64,000 nucleotides of DNA from a bacterium. GTDB lineage: Bacteria; Electryoneota; RPQS01. Shown here piece after piece: positions 40,005-50,326 of the stretch. Position 1 is the first letter of the stretch, and the number at the start of each line of letters is the position of its first letter. The stretch covers positions 31,286 through 95,285 of the forward strand of contig JADKHW010000006.1 of NCBI GenBank assembly GCA_016721565.1, read 5' to 3'. The position numbers were made by a program, and so were the translations under genes. The notes below the pieces were generated by a model. The model saw nothing but the letters and a program-made list of their open reading frames with translations. It ran no database searches and was not told the origin of the DNA.

Positions 40005-41545
40005 ACCGTTCCATGTTACGAGTCCCTAATCCGAATCGCTCCGGCGGTCTTGCGCACATACTCGTAGTAGTTCCAGATGATGCCATTCGCGCGCACATCT
40101 CGTTGGCACTTTCGGATATTGACGGCATTGAAGTTCACTACGTTGCCAGTGCGCACGATGCGATTAGGCAGATTCAACAGAGTGTTCCGGCCGCCATCTT
40201 AGCCGATGTGTCGCTGCCGGATTTGGATGGATTCAAACTCTGCAAGCTACTTCGAGTTCCGTTAGTTTCGCGCTCTGAGCAGATTCCGGTTATCCTCATT
40301 TCAAGCGCTTATCGCGATGTACTGGCCGAGCATGTCGCGCGCAAAGCGCACGCGTTCGCATTTTTGAAATTGCCCGGTGAAGCCGATTTGATTGAACGAA
40401 CGATCGAACTCGCGTTACATCGCTTGTTACCCAACGCGCATGATCACCAAGTTCTTGGCCACAAGGGCAATGTGCAAATTATTTGCAGTGACGATGCCTT
40501 TGGGCATACGATATCGACTGCGCTCGAATTAGATGGCTGGCGTTGTGAACGACAGCGCAATGTTGAGGACATGGCCGCAGGTTGGAAAGCTAACGCCACT
40601 CAAGTTGCGTTTGTTGAAATACCCGCGCGCGGTTCAATTAAATGGCCCGAAGGCCTGAACACTGCGTCCTATGATCATCCCGTAATCGTCGCAATGATCC
40701 GCAGACCGGACGCGGAGCGTGTGATTGAATTGATGGAGTATGGTGTTGACGAGTATTTGGTTATCCCATGTGACCCTTCCAGCATTGTAGATGCTTGTCG
40801 AGAAGCCCGGGTCAAGTACAACTTCCGCAGTATGTACAATGAGTTTGATTCGCAGATGGTAAAACTGAAATCAATCTCGGCTTATCTCGAACTGGTCATC
40901 AATAATTCGCATGAAGCAATCTTTACGTGTGACCCTTCAGGCGTTGTAAAACTGTGGAACAAAGGCGCTGAGCGTGTCTATGGCTTTTCAGCAGAAGAGA
41001 TTATTGGGAAAAACGTGGATGATCATCTCGATCCGCCGGGCTTTACGCGCAAGTCGCCCAGCGTGATGCGACTTTTGCAGCAGCGAGGCTCGTTGATGGA
41101 TCCAGAAGTCCAGCGCCTACGAAAGTCAGGCGAGGAGTTCCCTGTTTCCGCTACATACACACTACTGAAAGATATCCACGGAGAAATGCTCGGCTTCTCG
41201 GTAATTGAGCGCGACGTGACGCCAATCAAGCAGCTTGAAAACGAGAAAATCAAGTCGGCAAGACTGCGGGCAATTACGCAGACCGCCGTGACGGCTAACG
41301 ATCACATTAATACACCGCTCGGCATTATTCTCGGCTACGCGCAATTTCTGGAACTCAAACTCGTCGGAGCGGATCAGCAGGATCGCGCCGCCTTGGAAGT
41401 CATCCAGCAGCAAGTCCACAAGATCAAGGGAATCATGAACAAGCTCAAACTTATCAGCGATCCAATCGTGAAGAACTACTCGATTGAAGGCGTTACGATG
41501 CTTGACTTGTCTAAGTCCCAACTTTCGAACGAAACAACAATCTAA
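40001..41545 (+). CDS. Multidomain signalling protein: REC + degenerate REC + PAS + C-terminal HisKA-like helix, no ATPase domain
   Basis: ILVVVPDD...ILADVSLPDLDG (REC). PAS IFTCDPSGVVKLWNKGAERVYGFSAEEIIG. HisKA-like NDHINTPLGIILGYAQFL. The ORF ends without a HATPase domain. Confidence 0.7.
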   Translation: MNRSMLRVPNPNRSGGLAHILVVVPDDAIRAHISLALSDIDGIEVHYVASAHDAIRQIQQSVPAAILADVSLPDLDGFKLCKLLRVPLVSRSEQIPVILISSAYRDVLAEHVARKAHAFAFLKLPGEADLIERTIELALHRLLPNAHDHQVLGHKGNVQIICSDDAFGHTISTALELDGWRCERQRNVEDMAAGWKANATQVAFVEIPARGSIKWPEGLNTASYDHPVIVAMIRRPDAERVIELMEYGVDEYLVIPCDPSSIVDACREARVKYNFRSMYNEFDSQMVKLKSISAYLELVINNSHEAIFTCDPSGVVKLWNKGAERVYGFSAEEIIGKNVDDHLDPPGFTRKSPSVMRLLQQRGSLMDPEVQRLRKSGEEFPVSATYTLLKDIHGEMLGFSVIERDVTPIKQLENEKIKSARLRAITQTAVTANDHINTPLGIILGYAQFLELKLVGADQQDRAALEVIQQQVHKIKGIMNKLKLISDPIVKNYSIEGVTMLDLSKSQLSNETTI

Positions 41546-41569
41546 TCATATCATCGCCGCGAGGCTCTA

Positions 41570-41935
41570 ATGGAAACACTGAAAAAGAAAGTTCTTGTCG
41601 TAGATGATGACGAAGTCATCCGTGATCTCCTGATCAACTTTTTGAAGTTCTCAGGGTATGAAGGAATCGGCGCACCCAATGGCCAAAAGGCCCTTGAACT
41701 CGTAATTGCCGATGCTCCTGACATGATCATCACGGACATTCATATGCCGCTCATGAACGGCTTCCAGCTATTGCGAGCCGTCAAGCGCGTGAACCCTGAC
41801 TTGCCCGTCGTCTTCATCACCGGTTTTGCCCATTTCCGCAGGTTCTTTGCGGATAAGACGGCAAGAGCCGACGGATTCCTTGAGAAACCGTTCTCACTCG
41901 AGTCTATCGACGGTTTGGTCAAAAAGTACCTCTAA
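41570..41935 (+). CDS. CheY-like single-domain response regulator
   Basis: KVLVVDDDEVIRDLL...MIITDIHMPLMNGFQLL...VVFITGFA. 121 aa. Confidence 0.85.
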   Translation: METLKKKVLVVDDDEVIRDLLINFLKFSGYEGIGAPNGQKALELVIADAPDMIITDIHMPLMNGFQLLRAVKRVNPDLPVVFITGFAHFRRFFADKTARADGFLEKPFSLESIDGLVKKYL

Positions 41936-41985
41936 ATTCTGAGGCGCTTGACTTTCATGGTCGGCTAAACTATCTTCGATAGAAT

Positions 41986-43932
41986 ATGTCTGACCGCGAA
42001 GTCCTGATTGTTGATGATGATGCGTCGGCCCGCGAGGCCCTGGCGGCCGTGCTCCATGAGCACGGCTTTGCCGTGCATCAGACCGCCGACGGGCAAGAGG
42101 CCCTGAAAACCCTCAATAAGCATCGCAATATTCGGGTGCTCTTGACGGATGTGCGGCTGCCGGGAATGAATGGAATTGAGCTGTTGGCCAAGGTTCGCGT
42201 CGCCGATCCCGGCGTGCACGTTATTCTGGTGACGGCCTTTGCACAACGGAATCTCGCCTTACGTGCCTTGAAGCACGGTGCCGCCGATTTCCTGCCAAAA
42301 CCCGTTGACGCGGCGACGCTCATGCGCGTTGTTGAACGCTCTTTCTATAGGTCGCGACTCGATAAGCTTGCGGCCATCGGTAAAGAAGCGCTGGGCAAAC
42401 TGAAAAGCCGGGCGATTCTATGTTCACGCGATGGAACAGTTCTGTCCGTAGCCACAGACGTGGCCATGCTCTTAGGTTCTGACAGGGCATTGCTTACGGG
42501 AAAGAAGCTGTGGCAGATAACAGGCTGGTCGGAACTCAAAGACTTATTTGAGCGCGACATCACGGGACCCGTCGTCATTCCAAGAGACGATTTTTCGGTA
42601 CAGATTCAACGGCTCGAACTCGATCCCGAGAGTGATCAAGTCGTGCTGGTCATTACGGATATTACAAGCCTCCGGCAAATTCAGCGCGACCTGCTGGCCG
42701 TTACACAAGACATTGAAGCTCGCGTTTCCGAGCGCACGCGGTTTCTAAGCGAAGAAATAGAATTCAGCGACCGCCTGCTGGACACGGCGGACGTGCTGAT
42801 TGCTTATGTAAATCCCGACGGTAGGCTGGAACGCTGGAATAAGTTCGCTGCCGATCTAACGGGTCTATCCTTTGAAGAAGCCAGCAACCAGATATCCGAT
42901 TTCTATAGAGATCGCAACTCAGCGCTCGCAGAGATATTCGATCCCTACTGGGAACAAGAGATCACGTCACGCGTCGCACCGTTCCCCGGACCAGATGGAA
43001 CACTGAGGTTGCTAACGTGGAGCGCCAGACGATTCCGCGAGGCGCCCGGTCGCTTTGGCCGCCTGATTATCGGGATGGATGTTACCGAGCAGAAACAGCT
43101 TGAATCCACTTTACAGCATTACAACGCCTATTTGGAAGACATGGTTCGCCAGAGGTCGCGTGAGTTGAAAACCAAGAATGCACAACTGATTCATACGGCA
43201 CGACTCGCCTCGCTCGGCGAAATGGTCGGCTCGATCGCGCATGAAATGAAGCAGCCGCTCAACGTCATTGCGATTACGTCAGACCTGATCAAGCTTCTGC
43301 GCAGGAACGGCAAGCTCAACGACGAGCTGCTCGAAAATAATCTTGAAAAGATCCGCGCAACCGTCGAGCGCATGGCCGATACGATTAACCATCTGCGCGG
43401 CTTCACGCATGTGGATTCGACCACGTTCACGCGCTTAACCATGCATGAAGTGGTTGTTGGCGCAATTACTTTGGTCGGGGAACAAATTCGCCAGGAAGAT
43501 ATCGAGATCAAAGTGAATCTGCCGCTTGAAACCGATACGTTTCGTGGCGACAGGAATCAGATTGAACAGGTACTCATCAATTTGCTGGTTAATGCGCGCG
43601 ATGCAATCCTTGATGCCGGAAACCAAATCTCAAATGAGCAGCGCGTAATTGAGATCCGTAGTCCCGAAATCGAAAGCCCGAATTGGCTAGGAATTGAAGT
43701 TGCCGACTCGGGAACGGGTATGGCGTCCGATGTCGTGCAGCATATCTTTGAGCCGTTTTACACGACCAAAGACTCCTCGCGCGGCACCGGGCTTGGCCTT
43801 TCGATATGTTTGAACATCGTCCGCGCGCATGGCGGCGACATTGAAGTTGAATCATCACCGGGGGAAGGCAGCATCTTCCGCTTGCTCTTACCGGTTGACT
43901 TGGAAGCGGAACTTTCTCAGGAACGGCGTTGA
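41986..43932 (+). CDS. Hybrid sensor histidine kinase (N-terminal REC + PAS + HisKA + HATPase_c)
   Basis: REC (VLIVDDDASAREAL...LLTDVRLPGMNG). H-box SIAHEMKQPLNVI. G-boxes VADSGTGM ... GTGLGLSI. Confidence 0.85.
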   Translation: MSDREVLIVDDDASAREALAAVLHEHGFAVHQTADGQEALKTLNKHRNIRVLLTDVRLPGMNGIELLAKVRVADPGVHVILVTAFAQRNLALRALKHGAADFLPKPVDAATLMRVVERSFYRSRLDKLAAIGKEALGKLKSRAILCSRDGTVLSVATDVAMLLGSDRALLTGKKLWQITGWSELKDLFERDITGPVVIPRDDFSVQIQRLELDPESDQVVLVITDITSLRQIQRDLLAVTQDIEARVSERTRFLSEEIEFSDRLLDTADVLIAYVNPDGRLERWNKFAADLTGLSFEEASNQISDFYRDRNSALAEIFDPYWEQEITSRVAPFPGPDGTLRLLTWSARRFREAPGRFGRLIIGMDVTEQKQLESTLQHYNAYLEDMVRQRSRELKTKNAQLIHTARLASLGEMVGSIAHEMKQPLNVIAITSDLIKLLRRNGKLNDELLENNLEKIRATVERMADTINHLRGFTHVDSTTFTRLTMHEVVVGAITLVGEQIRQEDIEIKVNLPLETDTFRGDRNQIEQVLINLLVNARDAILDAGNQISNEQRVIEIRSPEIESPNWLGIEVADSGTGMASDVVQHIFEPFYTTKDSSRGTGLGLSICLNIVRAHGGDIEVESSPGEGSIFRLLLPVDLEAELSQERR

Positions 43933-43970
43933 TAACGGATGAACAGTTGAGTCGTTGAACGGGAGGAAAC

Positions 43971-44570
43971 GTGACGTCAGAACTCGGTTGGTTAGATAGT
44001 TGGGATCGCGGAGTGTTCGGGATGGTGAATCAGGTGTTCACCAGCTCGTTTTTTGATGCGATTATGCCTGCCCTCTCAGATCCCAAAATGTGGATGATCC
44101 CGCTTGGTCTATTGTGGATTGTCTTCTTCTTTCGCACTTCGCGCAAAGGCCGCATCGTCGCACTTTGCTGCTTCGTCGTGGTTGCCGCAACCGATCAGCT
44201 CGCGGCAACGGTTATCAAACCCGCCGTCGCTCGTGTCAGGCCCTGCAATGTGATTCCCCAGACTCACTACTACGATGCCGACCAAGACAAGTGGATTTAC
44301 ACGGACAAGTTCGCAATGACGACCTACAAGTCGTCTTACAGCTTTCCGTCTAACCATGCGGCTAACATGGCTGGGCAAGCAGTGTACTGGAGCTACTTCT
44401 ATCCGCAAATCAGCCCGGTGTTAATTGCCAGTGCGCTTGTAGTTGGCTACAGCCGTATCTATCTTGGCTATCACTATCCGTCTGACGTTGCCGCAGGTTA
44501 TATGCTTGGAATCTTCATTGCGCTCATCGTTGCATGGCCGCTTAGAGTGTGGGTCCTGCCCGACGAATAG
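43971..44570 (+). CDS. PAP2-family phosphatase (PgpB/undecaprenyl-diphosphatase-like)
   Basis: PAP2 motifs KxxxxxxRP (KPAVARVRP), PSNH (YSFPSNHAAN), SRxxxxxHxxxD (SRIYLGYHYPSDV). Confidence 0.8.
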   Translation: MTSELGWLDSWDRGVFGMVNQVFTSSFFDAIMPALSDPKMWMIPLGLLWIVFFFRTSRKGRIVALCCFVVVAATDQLAATVIKPAVARVRPCNVIPQTHYYDADQDKWIYTDKFAMTTYKSSYSFPSNHAANMAGQAVYWSYFYPQISPVLIASALVVGYSRIYLGYHYPSDVAAGYMLGIFIALIVAWPLRVWVLPDE

Positions 44571-44590
44571 AGAGCGATTATTAGACAAAA

Positions 44591-44631
44591 CAAAAAAAAG
44601 CCCTGCTTCATTACGAAGCAGGGCTTTCAAT
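44591..44631. terminator. Bidirectional rho-independent terminator between convergent genes
   Basis: A-run, then GCCCTGCTTC-ATTAC-GAAGCAGGGC perfect 10-bp stem, then TTTC. Confidence 0.8.
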
Positions 44632-44646
44632 TTCAAATCTAATTGT

Positions 44647-45099
44647 CTATCGGAACATCGCCTTGATCGAACCCCATGTTTGCTGAACAGCGGAGAAGCT
44701 CAAAGAGACTTCAACCGGCGCCGTATAGCTTTGTGAGCCATCAAGATTCAGTAGTTTCAAACGATAGAAGAACGTCCGCTCGCGTTCAACGTCAAGCGGG
44801 CTTTCATCTGTAAAGGAATACTCCGAAAACGAACCGCGTGCGTCAATCTGTCCGACTGGGAAGTAGTAGCTTCCGTCCGCCGAACGCTCGACAACAAACT
44901 TCTCGAAGCTGATCTCTTGACCCGTGCGCCATTCCAGACGTGCGTGATCACCCAACGGGTAAACGGTTAGGCTCAAAATCTCCACTCCGGCCCAAACCGA
45001 AGAGGCTGCGGCTGCTGTCAGAACTAAGGTGGCGATCCAGCGCTTCAAGATGTGCGTCCTATTGGTTTTCAATTCAATGTAAAATAGCCAACCCCTCAT
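44647..45099 (-). CDS. Hypothetical exported protein
   Basis: 150-aa ORF with N-terminal signal-like segment (WIATLVLTAAAASSVWA). The upstream start codon is uncertain. Confidence 0.45.
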   Translation of the reverse strand: MRGWLFYIELKTNRTHILKRWIATLVLTAAAASSVWAGVEILSLTVYPLGDHARLEWRTGQEISFEKFVVERSADGSYYFPVGQIDARGSFSEYSFTDESPLDVERERTFFYRLKLLNLDGSQSYTAPVEVSLSFSAVQQTWGSIKAMFR

Positions 45100-45274
45100 T
45101 GAGAGTCAAGGACTCTGCAACCAAGTCACATTTCACATAACTCGCTGCAAACCTCTTAAAGTCTTTATACCAAATACTTTAGAGCTATTCCAAGGACAAG
45201 GGGGCAAGAATCCGAGGCATTCATCACAAGAAAGCAAATGGGGGGCCGTCCAACACAATCGACCCTTCCAGTAG

Positions 45275-45661
45275 CTAACCTATTAATTTACCAATAATAA
45301 AACCGATGATAATCCCAATAATCAGCACAGCCGTGAGGATCCGTGACTGCACAACAGACGAACCGTGCCCCCGTCCGGCCAGTACAATGGAAAGAAAGTA
45401 ACCGGCTCCGTTCACCAGCCACACCAAAGGGATGGCCAGAGCTTTTGCCAAAAGAGGCCCAAGCCACGGAATTAAAGCAAGCAAGCCCAGAAACCCGGCG
45501 AAAGCCTGTGTAAAAATTCCAACCAAAGTCGCGATAGCGGCCACAATCGAGGCATCAAAGCCTGCGACCAAACCAATGATGATAATCAACAACACAATCG
45601 CCAGACCAATCATTGTCCGGCGGTAAGTTGCCCAAAATACTGCAAAACTGGGGATGTACAT
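45275..45661 (-). CDS. Hypothetical integral membrane protein (4 TM)
   Basis: 128 aa and strongly hydrophobic (LAIVLLIIIIGLVAGF...). Confidence 0.5.
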   Translation of the reverse strand: MYIPSFAVFWATYRRTMIGLAIVLLIIIIGLVAGFDASIVAAIATLVGIFTQAFAGFLGLLALIPWLGPLLAKALAIPLVWLVNGAGYFLSIVLAGRGHGSSVVQSRILTAVLIIGIIIGFIIGKLIG

Positions 45662-45836
45662 CTACTCTTATTCGCAAAGGTTCAGCTCAAAATAAACCGT
45701 TCTCGCGCGCGAATGTCAAGTGAAATCGCAACATCCGCGTCGCGCACGCGAAACCGTACCGAAACAAGAGTTTGCATCAAATATTTTTGCTGAAGCGGTT
45801 GCCCAACCCTATAAGAGTTTGTATATTATCAGACCT

Positions 45837-46610
45837 ATGCACCTTGTGCCGTCCGAGCAAGTCACTCTCCAAGCACCTGTCTATTTCGTCTCCGACGCTC
45901 ATTTGGGTGCCGAGCCGGAACCTGTAGCTTCTACTCAATTGGAGCGGATGCTTGCGCTTATTCAGAAAGTTAGACGCGAGAACGGTTCGCTGATCATCAA
46001 CGGCGATTTGTTTGATTTCTGGTATGAATGGCAAACAGTCATTCCTAAGCGCTTCTTCAAAATCCTGCGCGCCCTTCAGGAAGCTACCGAAACGGGCACG
46101 CGAATTCATCTGCTTGCGGGCAATCACGATTTTCGTTTGCGCGGGTTTCTGGAATCCGAAATCGGATTGGTGACACATCAAGATGCACTCACCGTGCAGA
46201 TTGCGAATCACAAAGTGTTCGTTTTTCACGGTGACGGATTACTGGCAGGCGATCATGGCTACCGTTTATTGAAAAAAGTGCTGCGAAGTCCGATGGCACA
46301 GCGATTGTTCTTGTGGTTACATCCCGACCTCGGAATGTGGTTGGCTCGCGGGACGTCTCAGCAAAGCCGCAATGCCACCAAAGGCAATCCTACCGAAGAC
46401 GAAGACTATATTCGTTTTGCAACTGAAATTCTCAAAGGTGATTCGGATGGTGTTGTGTTAGGGCACGCGCACCGGCCGATGGAACTCGCACTCGAAGGCG
46501 GGACCTACATCAATCTTGGCGACTGGATTTATCATTACACCTATGCGGTTCACGACGGAGAGCGTTTGGCCTTGCTGAAGTGGGCAGAGTCTGAAGGAGT
46601 GGGCAAGTGA
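45837..46610 (+). CDS. LpxH-like calcineurin-type metallophosphoesterase (UDP-2,3-diacylglucosamine hydrolase family)
   Basis: VYFVSDAHLG ... INGDLFDFWYEW ... LLAGNHDF ... FVFHGDG motifs. The annotated ORF start at 45720 is probably spurious. The ATG at 45837 precedes the first conserved motif. Confidence 0.7.
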   Translation: MHLVPSEQVTLQAPVYFVSDAHLGAEPEPVASTQLERMLALIQKVRRENGSLIINGDLFDFWYEWQTVIPKRFFKILRALQEATETGTRIHLLAGNHDFRLRGFLESEIGLVTHQDALTVQIANHKVFVFHGDGLLAGDHGYRLLKKVLRSPMAQRLFLWLHPDLGMWLARGTSQQSRNATKGNPTEDEDYIRFATEILKGDSDGVVLGHAHRPMELALEGGTYINLGDWIYHYTYAVHDGERLALLKWAESEGVGK

Positions 46611-48760
46611 CACGACAGCGCGGCGGTGTGGGCAAACCTCTGCTGGTCATCCTTGCGGTGTTTGTGGCAATCCTCATTGCTTCTTGGTCGTTCGTGGCCT
46701 CCCTGAAGCAGGGACTGCCGTCCGTTGAAGAGCTTGAGAACATCAATCCAGCTCTGGCTACGAAGATTCTCGACCGCAACGGCGTCTTAATCAAGGAGCT
46801 TTACACTCAGCGCCGCTCGTACGTCCCACTGAACGAAATGCCGCCTGTGGTGATTCAGGCTTTTCTGGCAACGGAAGATCACAAGTTCTATGAGCATTGG
46901 GGCATGCGGCCCTTAGCGCTTGCTACGGCCGTTGCCAAAGCTGTTTTGACCTTTGACTTGCATCCGCGCGGTGCGTCAACGATCACACAGCAGCTCGCCA
47001 AAAATCTCTACTTCGATCCACAGCGCAAGGTTACTCGTAAATTACGAGAGCTGTTGACCGCTATTGAAATTGAGCGCTATTACTCCAAGGATGAAATCTT
47101 GGAGATGTATTTAACGCAAACTTACTTTGGCGCGGGAGCATACGGTGTTGGCGCAGCTGCGGCAACCTACTTCTCAAAATCGGTTTCCGAACTGACAGTC
47201 AATGAAGCGGCGACGCTTGCGGCGATTCCCAAATCTCCAACGCGCTACAACCCGCTTCAGAATCCGCAGAACACTCTTGTGCGTCGAAATCTTGTTTTTG
47301 GCCGCATGGAAGATGTCGGGTTCATCACGAAGGCCGAACGTGACAGTTTGATCGACACTCCGTTGCCCCTGCATCCGTCGTCGGATCGCACGCAAGAGGG
47401 AGTCGCTCCGTATTTCACAGAGAATGTTCGCCAAGAGCTGAATCTGCTCGGCAAACGGCACGACTTCGATCCCTATCAAGACGGCCTGACCGTTTACACC
47501 ACGCTCGATGCGCGGTTGCAAGAGTGTGCAGAGAACGCAGTTGCCAAGGTCTTGCCTGAGTTGCAGGACAAGGTCAACGAGATTCACAAGATCACAAATG
47601 TGAAGCTGCGGCTGAAGGAGATGTATCCGGATTCGAATACAGCTGCCATCCGCAGACTCGCAGGTAACAAGCACATTGCCGATTCCATTGCGACAGCGGA
47701 GCTTCCGGTCCAAATCGCGTTCATCGCTCTCGATCCGGCAACGGGTCACATCTTGGCAATGATCGGCGGGCGCAACTTTGAAATGAGTAAATTCAACCGC
47801 GCCACGCAGGCGGTTCGTCAGCCCGGTTCGTGCTTCAAGCCGTTTGTCTATGCATCGGCAATCGACAAGGGTATGCCGATATCTGAGAAGGTCGCGAATG
47901 AAGAGATCGTCGTCACGCTTGACAACGGTGATCTTTGGGCGCCGAAGAACTTCTCGGATGAATATGGCGGCGTTGTAGACTTACGCCAAGCTCTTTCGAA
48001 ATCGCTAAACGTGGTCAGCGTGCGCTTGATTCGTGAGCACACGACTCCGCGCGATGTGGCCACACTCGCCAAAGGGTGCGGTATCACGACTAAGCTTGAT
48101 CCCTATGACGCGCTGGCGTTGGGTGCTTCAGGTGTGATTCCGTTGGACATCGTGGGAGCCTATCAGGTCTTTCAAACGCTTGGGGTCTGGTCCAAGCCGA
48201 TTGCCGTTACGGGACTTGACGATCAATTCGGTCAAACGATTGAGCAGTTCCGCAATGAACGCAAAGTCGTAATGTCTGAAGAGACTGCTTTTCTCGTGCA
48301 GAGTTTGATGCGATCCGTCAGTGATCATGGTACGGCGGCATCGCTGCGCTCGAAGTACAATTTCCAAATTCCGACTGCCGGTAAAACCGGAACCACGAAT
48401 GATAACACCGACGCGTGGTTCGTTGGTTTTACACCGCACTTGCTGGCCGGAGTTTGGGTAGGATTGGATGATCCGTCAAAGTCGCTCGGTCGAGGTCAAG
48501 AAGGCGGCAAGGCCGCGTTGCCGATCTGGGCGGAGTTTATGCTTGCGGCGTATGAAGTCATGGACTATCCGACTTCCGAGTTTCGCATCCCCAAAGGCAT
48601 CACCACAGCGGACATTTGTATTGAGTCCGGTCAGCTTGCGACATCAGGCTGTAATGACATTCGCACCGAGTACTTTGCCGCCAAGTCGGAGTTGCCTGAG
48701 CCTTGCACGCTGCACGGAGCGTTTCGTACTCCGCGTGGCAGAAAACAAAGTTTGTTCTAA
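46607..48760 (+). CDS. mrcA: Class A penicillin-binding protein 1A (glycosyltransferase GT51 + transpeptidase)
   Basis: GT51 motifs EDHKFYEHWG, RGASTITQQLAKNL. Transpeptidase SCFKPF (SxxK), SLN (SxN), KTGT. Confidence 0.9.
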   Translation: MTRQRGGVGKPLLVILAVFVAILIASWSFVASLKQGLPSVEELENINPALATKILDRNGVLIKELYTQRRSYVPLNEMPPVVIQAFLATEDHKFYEHWGMRPLALATAVAKAVLTFDLHPRGASTITQQLAKNLYFDPQRKVTRKLRELLTAIEIERYYSKDEILEMYLTQTYFGAGAYGVGAAAATYFSKSVSELTVNEAATLAAIPKSPTRYNPLQNPQNTLVRRNLVFGRMEDVGFITKAERDSLIDTPLPLHPSSDRTQEGVAPYFTENVRQELNLLGKRHDFDPYQDGLTVYTTLDARLQECAENAVAKVLPELQDKVNEIHKITNVKLRLKEMYPDSNTAAIRRLAGNKHIADSIATAELPVQIAFIALDPATGHILAMIGGRNFEMSKFNRATQAVRQPGSCFKPFVYASAIDKGMPISEKVANEEIVVTLDNGDLWAPKNFSDEYGGVVDLRQALSKSLNVVSVRLIREHTTPRDVATLAKGCGITTKLDPYDALALGASGVIPLDIVGAYQVFQTLGVWSKPIAVTGLDDQFGQTIEQFRNERKVVMSEETAFLVQSLMRSVSDHGTAASLRSKYNFQIPTAGKTGTTNDNTDAWFVGFTPHLLAGVWVGLDDPSKSLGRGQEGGKAALPIWAEFMLAAYEVMDYPTSEFRIPKGITTADICIESGQLATSGCNDIRTEYFAAKSELPEPCTLHGAFRTPRGRKQSLF

Positions 48761-48766
48761 ATCAAT

Positions 48767-49972
48767 TTGTTCGATAAACTGTTTCGGGAGAACAGTTCCA
48801 TGCCAGCTTCACATTCCTATCAGCGCGGCGGGATTACGCTGTGGGCCACGGTCATCGTTGTCTTAGTCATCGTTGGCGCGTTAGCCTTCCATTTTATATC
48901 TCGAATGGAACCTGCCGAGGTGCGCTCGTTCCAAGAGTTGGTCAATCGTGTCGAGAAGATCAACACGCAGATCTCCGAGCGCGAACAGCAGATTTCCGGA
49001 TTGGTTTCGCGTTACAACACCTCACATCCCGGCAACGAGATTGACACGACGGGTATGTCGGCGATGGGCCTGACTGAAGAGCAGTCACAACTGCTTGCCA
49101 ACCGCGTGGCCCAGGAGAAGGACCTCTCGTATCGAGGTTTGCTGCAAGAGGTGATCGACGTCTCGGGTGAGATGGAGAAGCTGAAGCAAGAGCTTGGCGA
49201 AGTCAAATCGCGTCTCCGTCCTCCGATTGTGGCACAGAAGGGCGACTCGCATTTGGGTGTGTGCTTGAAGTTCTTGACCGAAGACATCGGGATGAACGAA
49301 GAGGACGCACTTAAGATGATCGAGAAGGAAGCGCTTGTTCCTGAGCTTCTGCCCGGCTTTGAGGTTTGGAACTACTTTGGTGAAGGTGTGTTTGGAACGT
49401 TCGTGACGCAAGGTCAGGCGAAGATTACGCCGAATGAACTCTCGCGCGCGACGAAGCGCAAGATTGACGCTGAGCGGAACACGCTAATTCAGGAGCGCAA
49501 TCAGAAGCAGTCGGAAGTCGAGGATCTTGAAGCGCGCAAGGCTGAATTGCAGCAGCAGATTCAATCGCTTGAAGAAGAGCGCGCGTCGATGATGACGCAG
49601 GTGACAATGATGGCGAGCACGAATGACAGCTTGTCGTCGGAACTCAATTCGCTTAAATATCATGTCGGCACATTCCGCGATCTGGAGAAGGCGGGTGCGA
49701 TTCGCAAGCCTGCGCTGGGCAAGTGGAACACGGGTGACATTGAAGCTGTTCAGCACACGGGTTCGCTGGATTTGCGCAAGGACACGCGGATTGTGATTAA
49801 CGCGTCGTCGCTTGGATTGGAAAAAGTTGACCGGATTTTGTTGTTCCCGCGCTACTACAGTGAAGAGGGGGATTACAAGGTTGAGCTGTCGGCTGATCGC
49901 AAGTCGGCTACGGTTATTTTTGTGAAGCCTGCCAAGTTCAATCTGGCGCGCTTAGTGATTGCAGTAGGCTAA
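48767..49972 (+). CDS. Hypothetical membrane-anchored coiled-coil protein (alternative start 48800)
   Basis: N-terminal TM (ITLWATVIVVLVIVGALAF) followed by long heptad-like segments. Confidence 0.5.
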   Translation: MFDKLFRENSSMPASHSYQRGGITLWATVIVVLVIVGALAFHFISRMEPAEVRSFQELVNRVEKINTQISEREQQISGLVSRYNTSHPGNEIDTTGMSAMGLTEEQSQLLANRVAQEKDLSYRGLLQEVIDVSGEMEKLKQELGEVKSRLRPPIVAQKGDSHLGVCLKFLTEDIGMNEEDALKMIEKEALVPELLPGFEVWNYFGEGVFGTFVTQGQAKITPNELSRATKRKIDAERNTLIQERNQKQSEVEDLEARKAELQQQIQSLEEERASMMTQVTMMASTNDSLSSELNSLKYHVGTFRDLEKAGAIRKPALGKWNTGDIEAVQHTGSLDLRKDTRIVINASSLGLEKVDRILLFPRYYSEEGDYKVELSADRKSATVIFVKPAKFNLARLVIAVG

Positions 49973-49975
49973 ACG

Positions 49976-50012
49976 CCAGCGTGGACGCTGGACCGCTTGT
50001 TAAGCGGGTTTT
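49976..50012 (+). terminator. Tandem hairpins / rho-independent terminator
   Basis: CCAGCG-TGGA-CGCTGG, then CCGCTT-GTT-AAGCGG followed by GTTTTG. Confidence 0.6.
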
Positions 50013-50326
50013 GCGCTGACGCGGCCTCAACGATTGTTTGGGGTCGCGTTTTTTTGTGGGGATTTTGGAGAGGCGAAGAGGGGTTGTAAGGGGTTGTTTC
50101 TGTGTAAAACGCTAATAATTGTCGGAACAGGAGTTGAGGATAAACAAGAGGTTAACTTTCGGGGGTGCACCTTTTTTCACGAAGTGTTATCTCGTTGATT
50201 TTGTTCATACCCTAATATACGATAATTTGAACGGATGGTCAAGTGATATTTTTGTTTTATTGAATTTAGTAAACTCTTGAGATGACTTGAGTTGTGTGAA
50301 AAATGAGGGTTGGGGAGGCATTTCTC

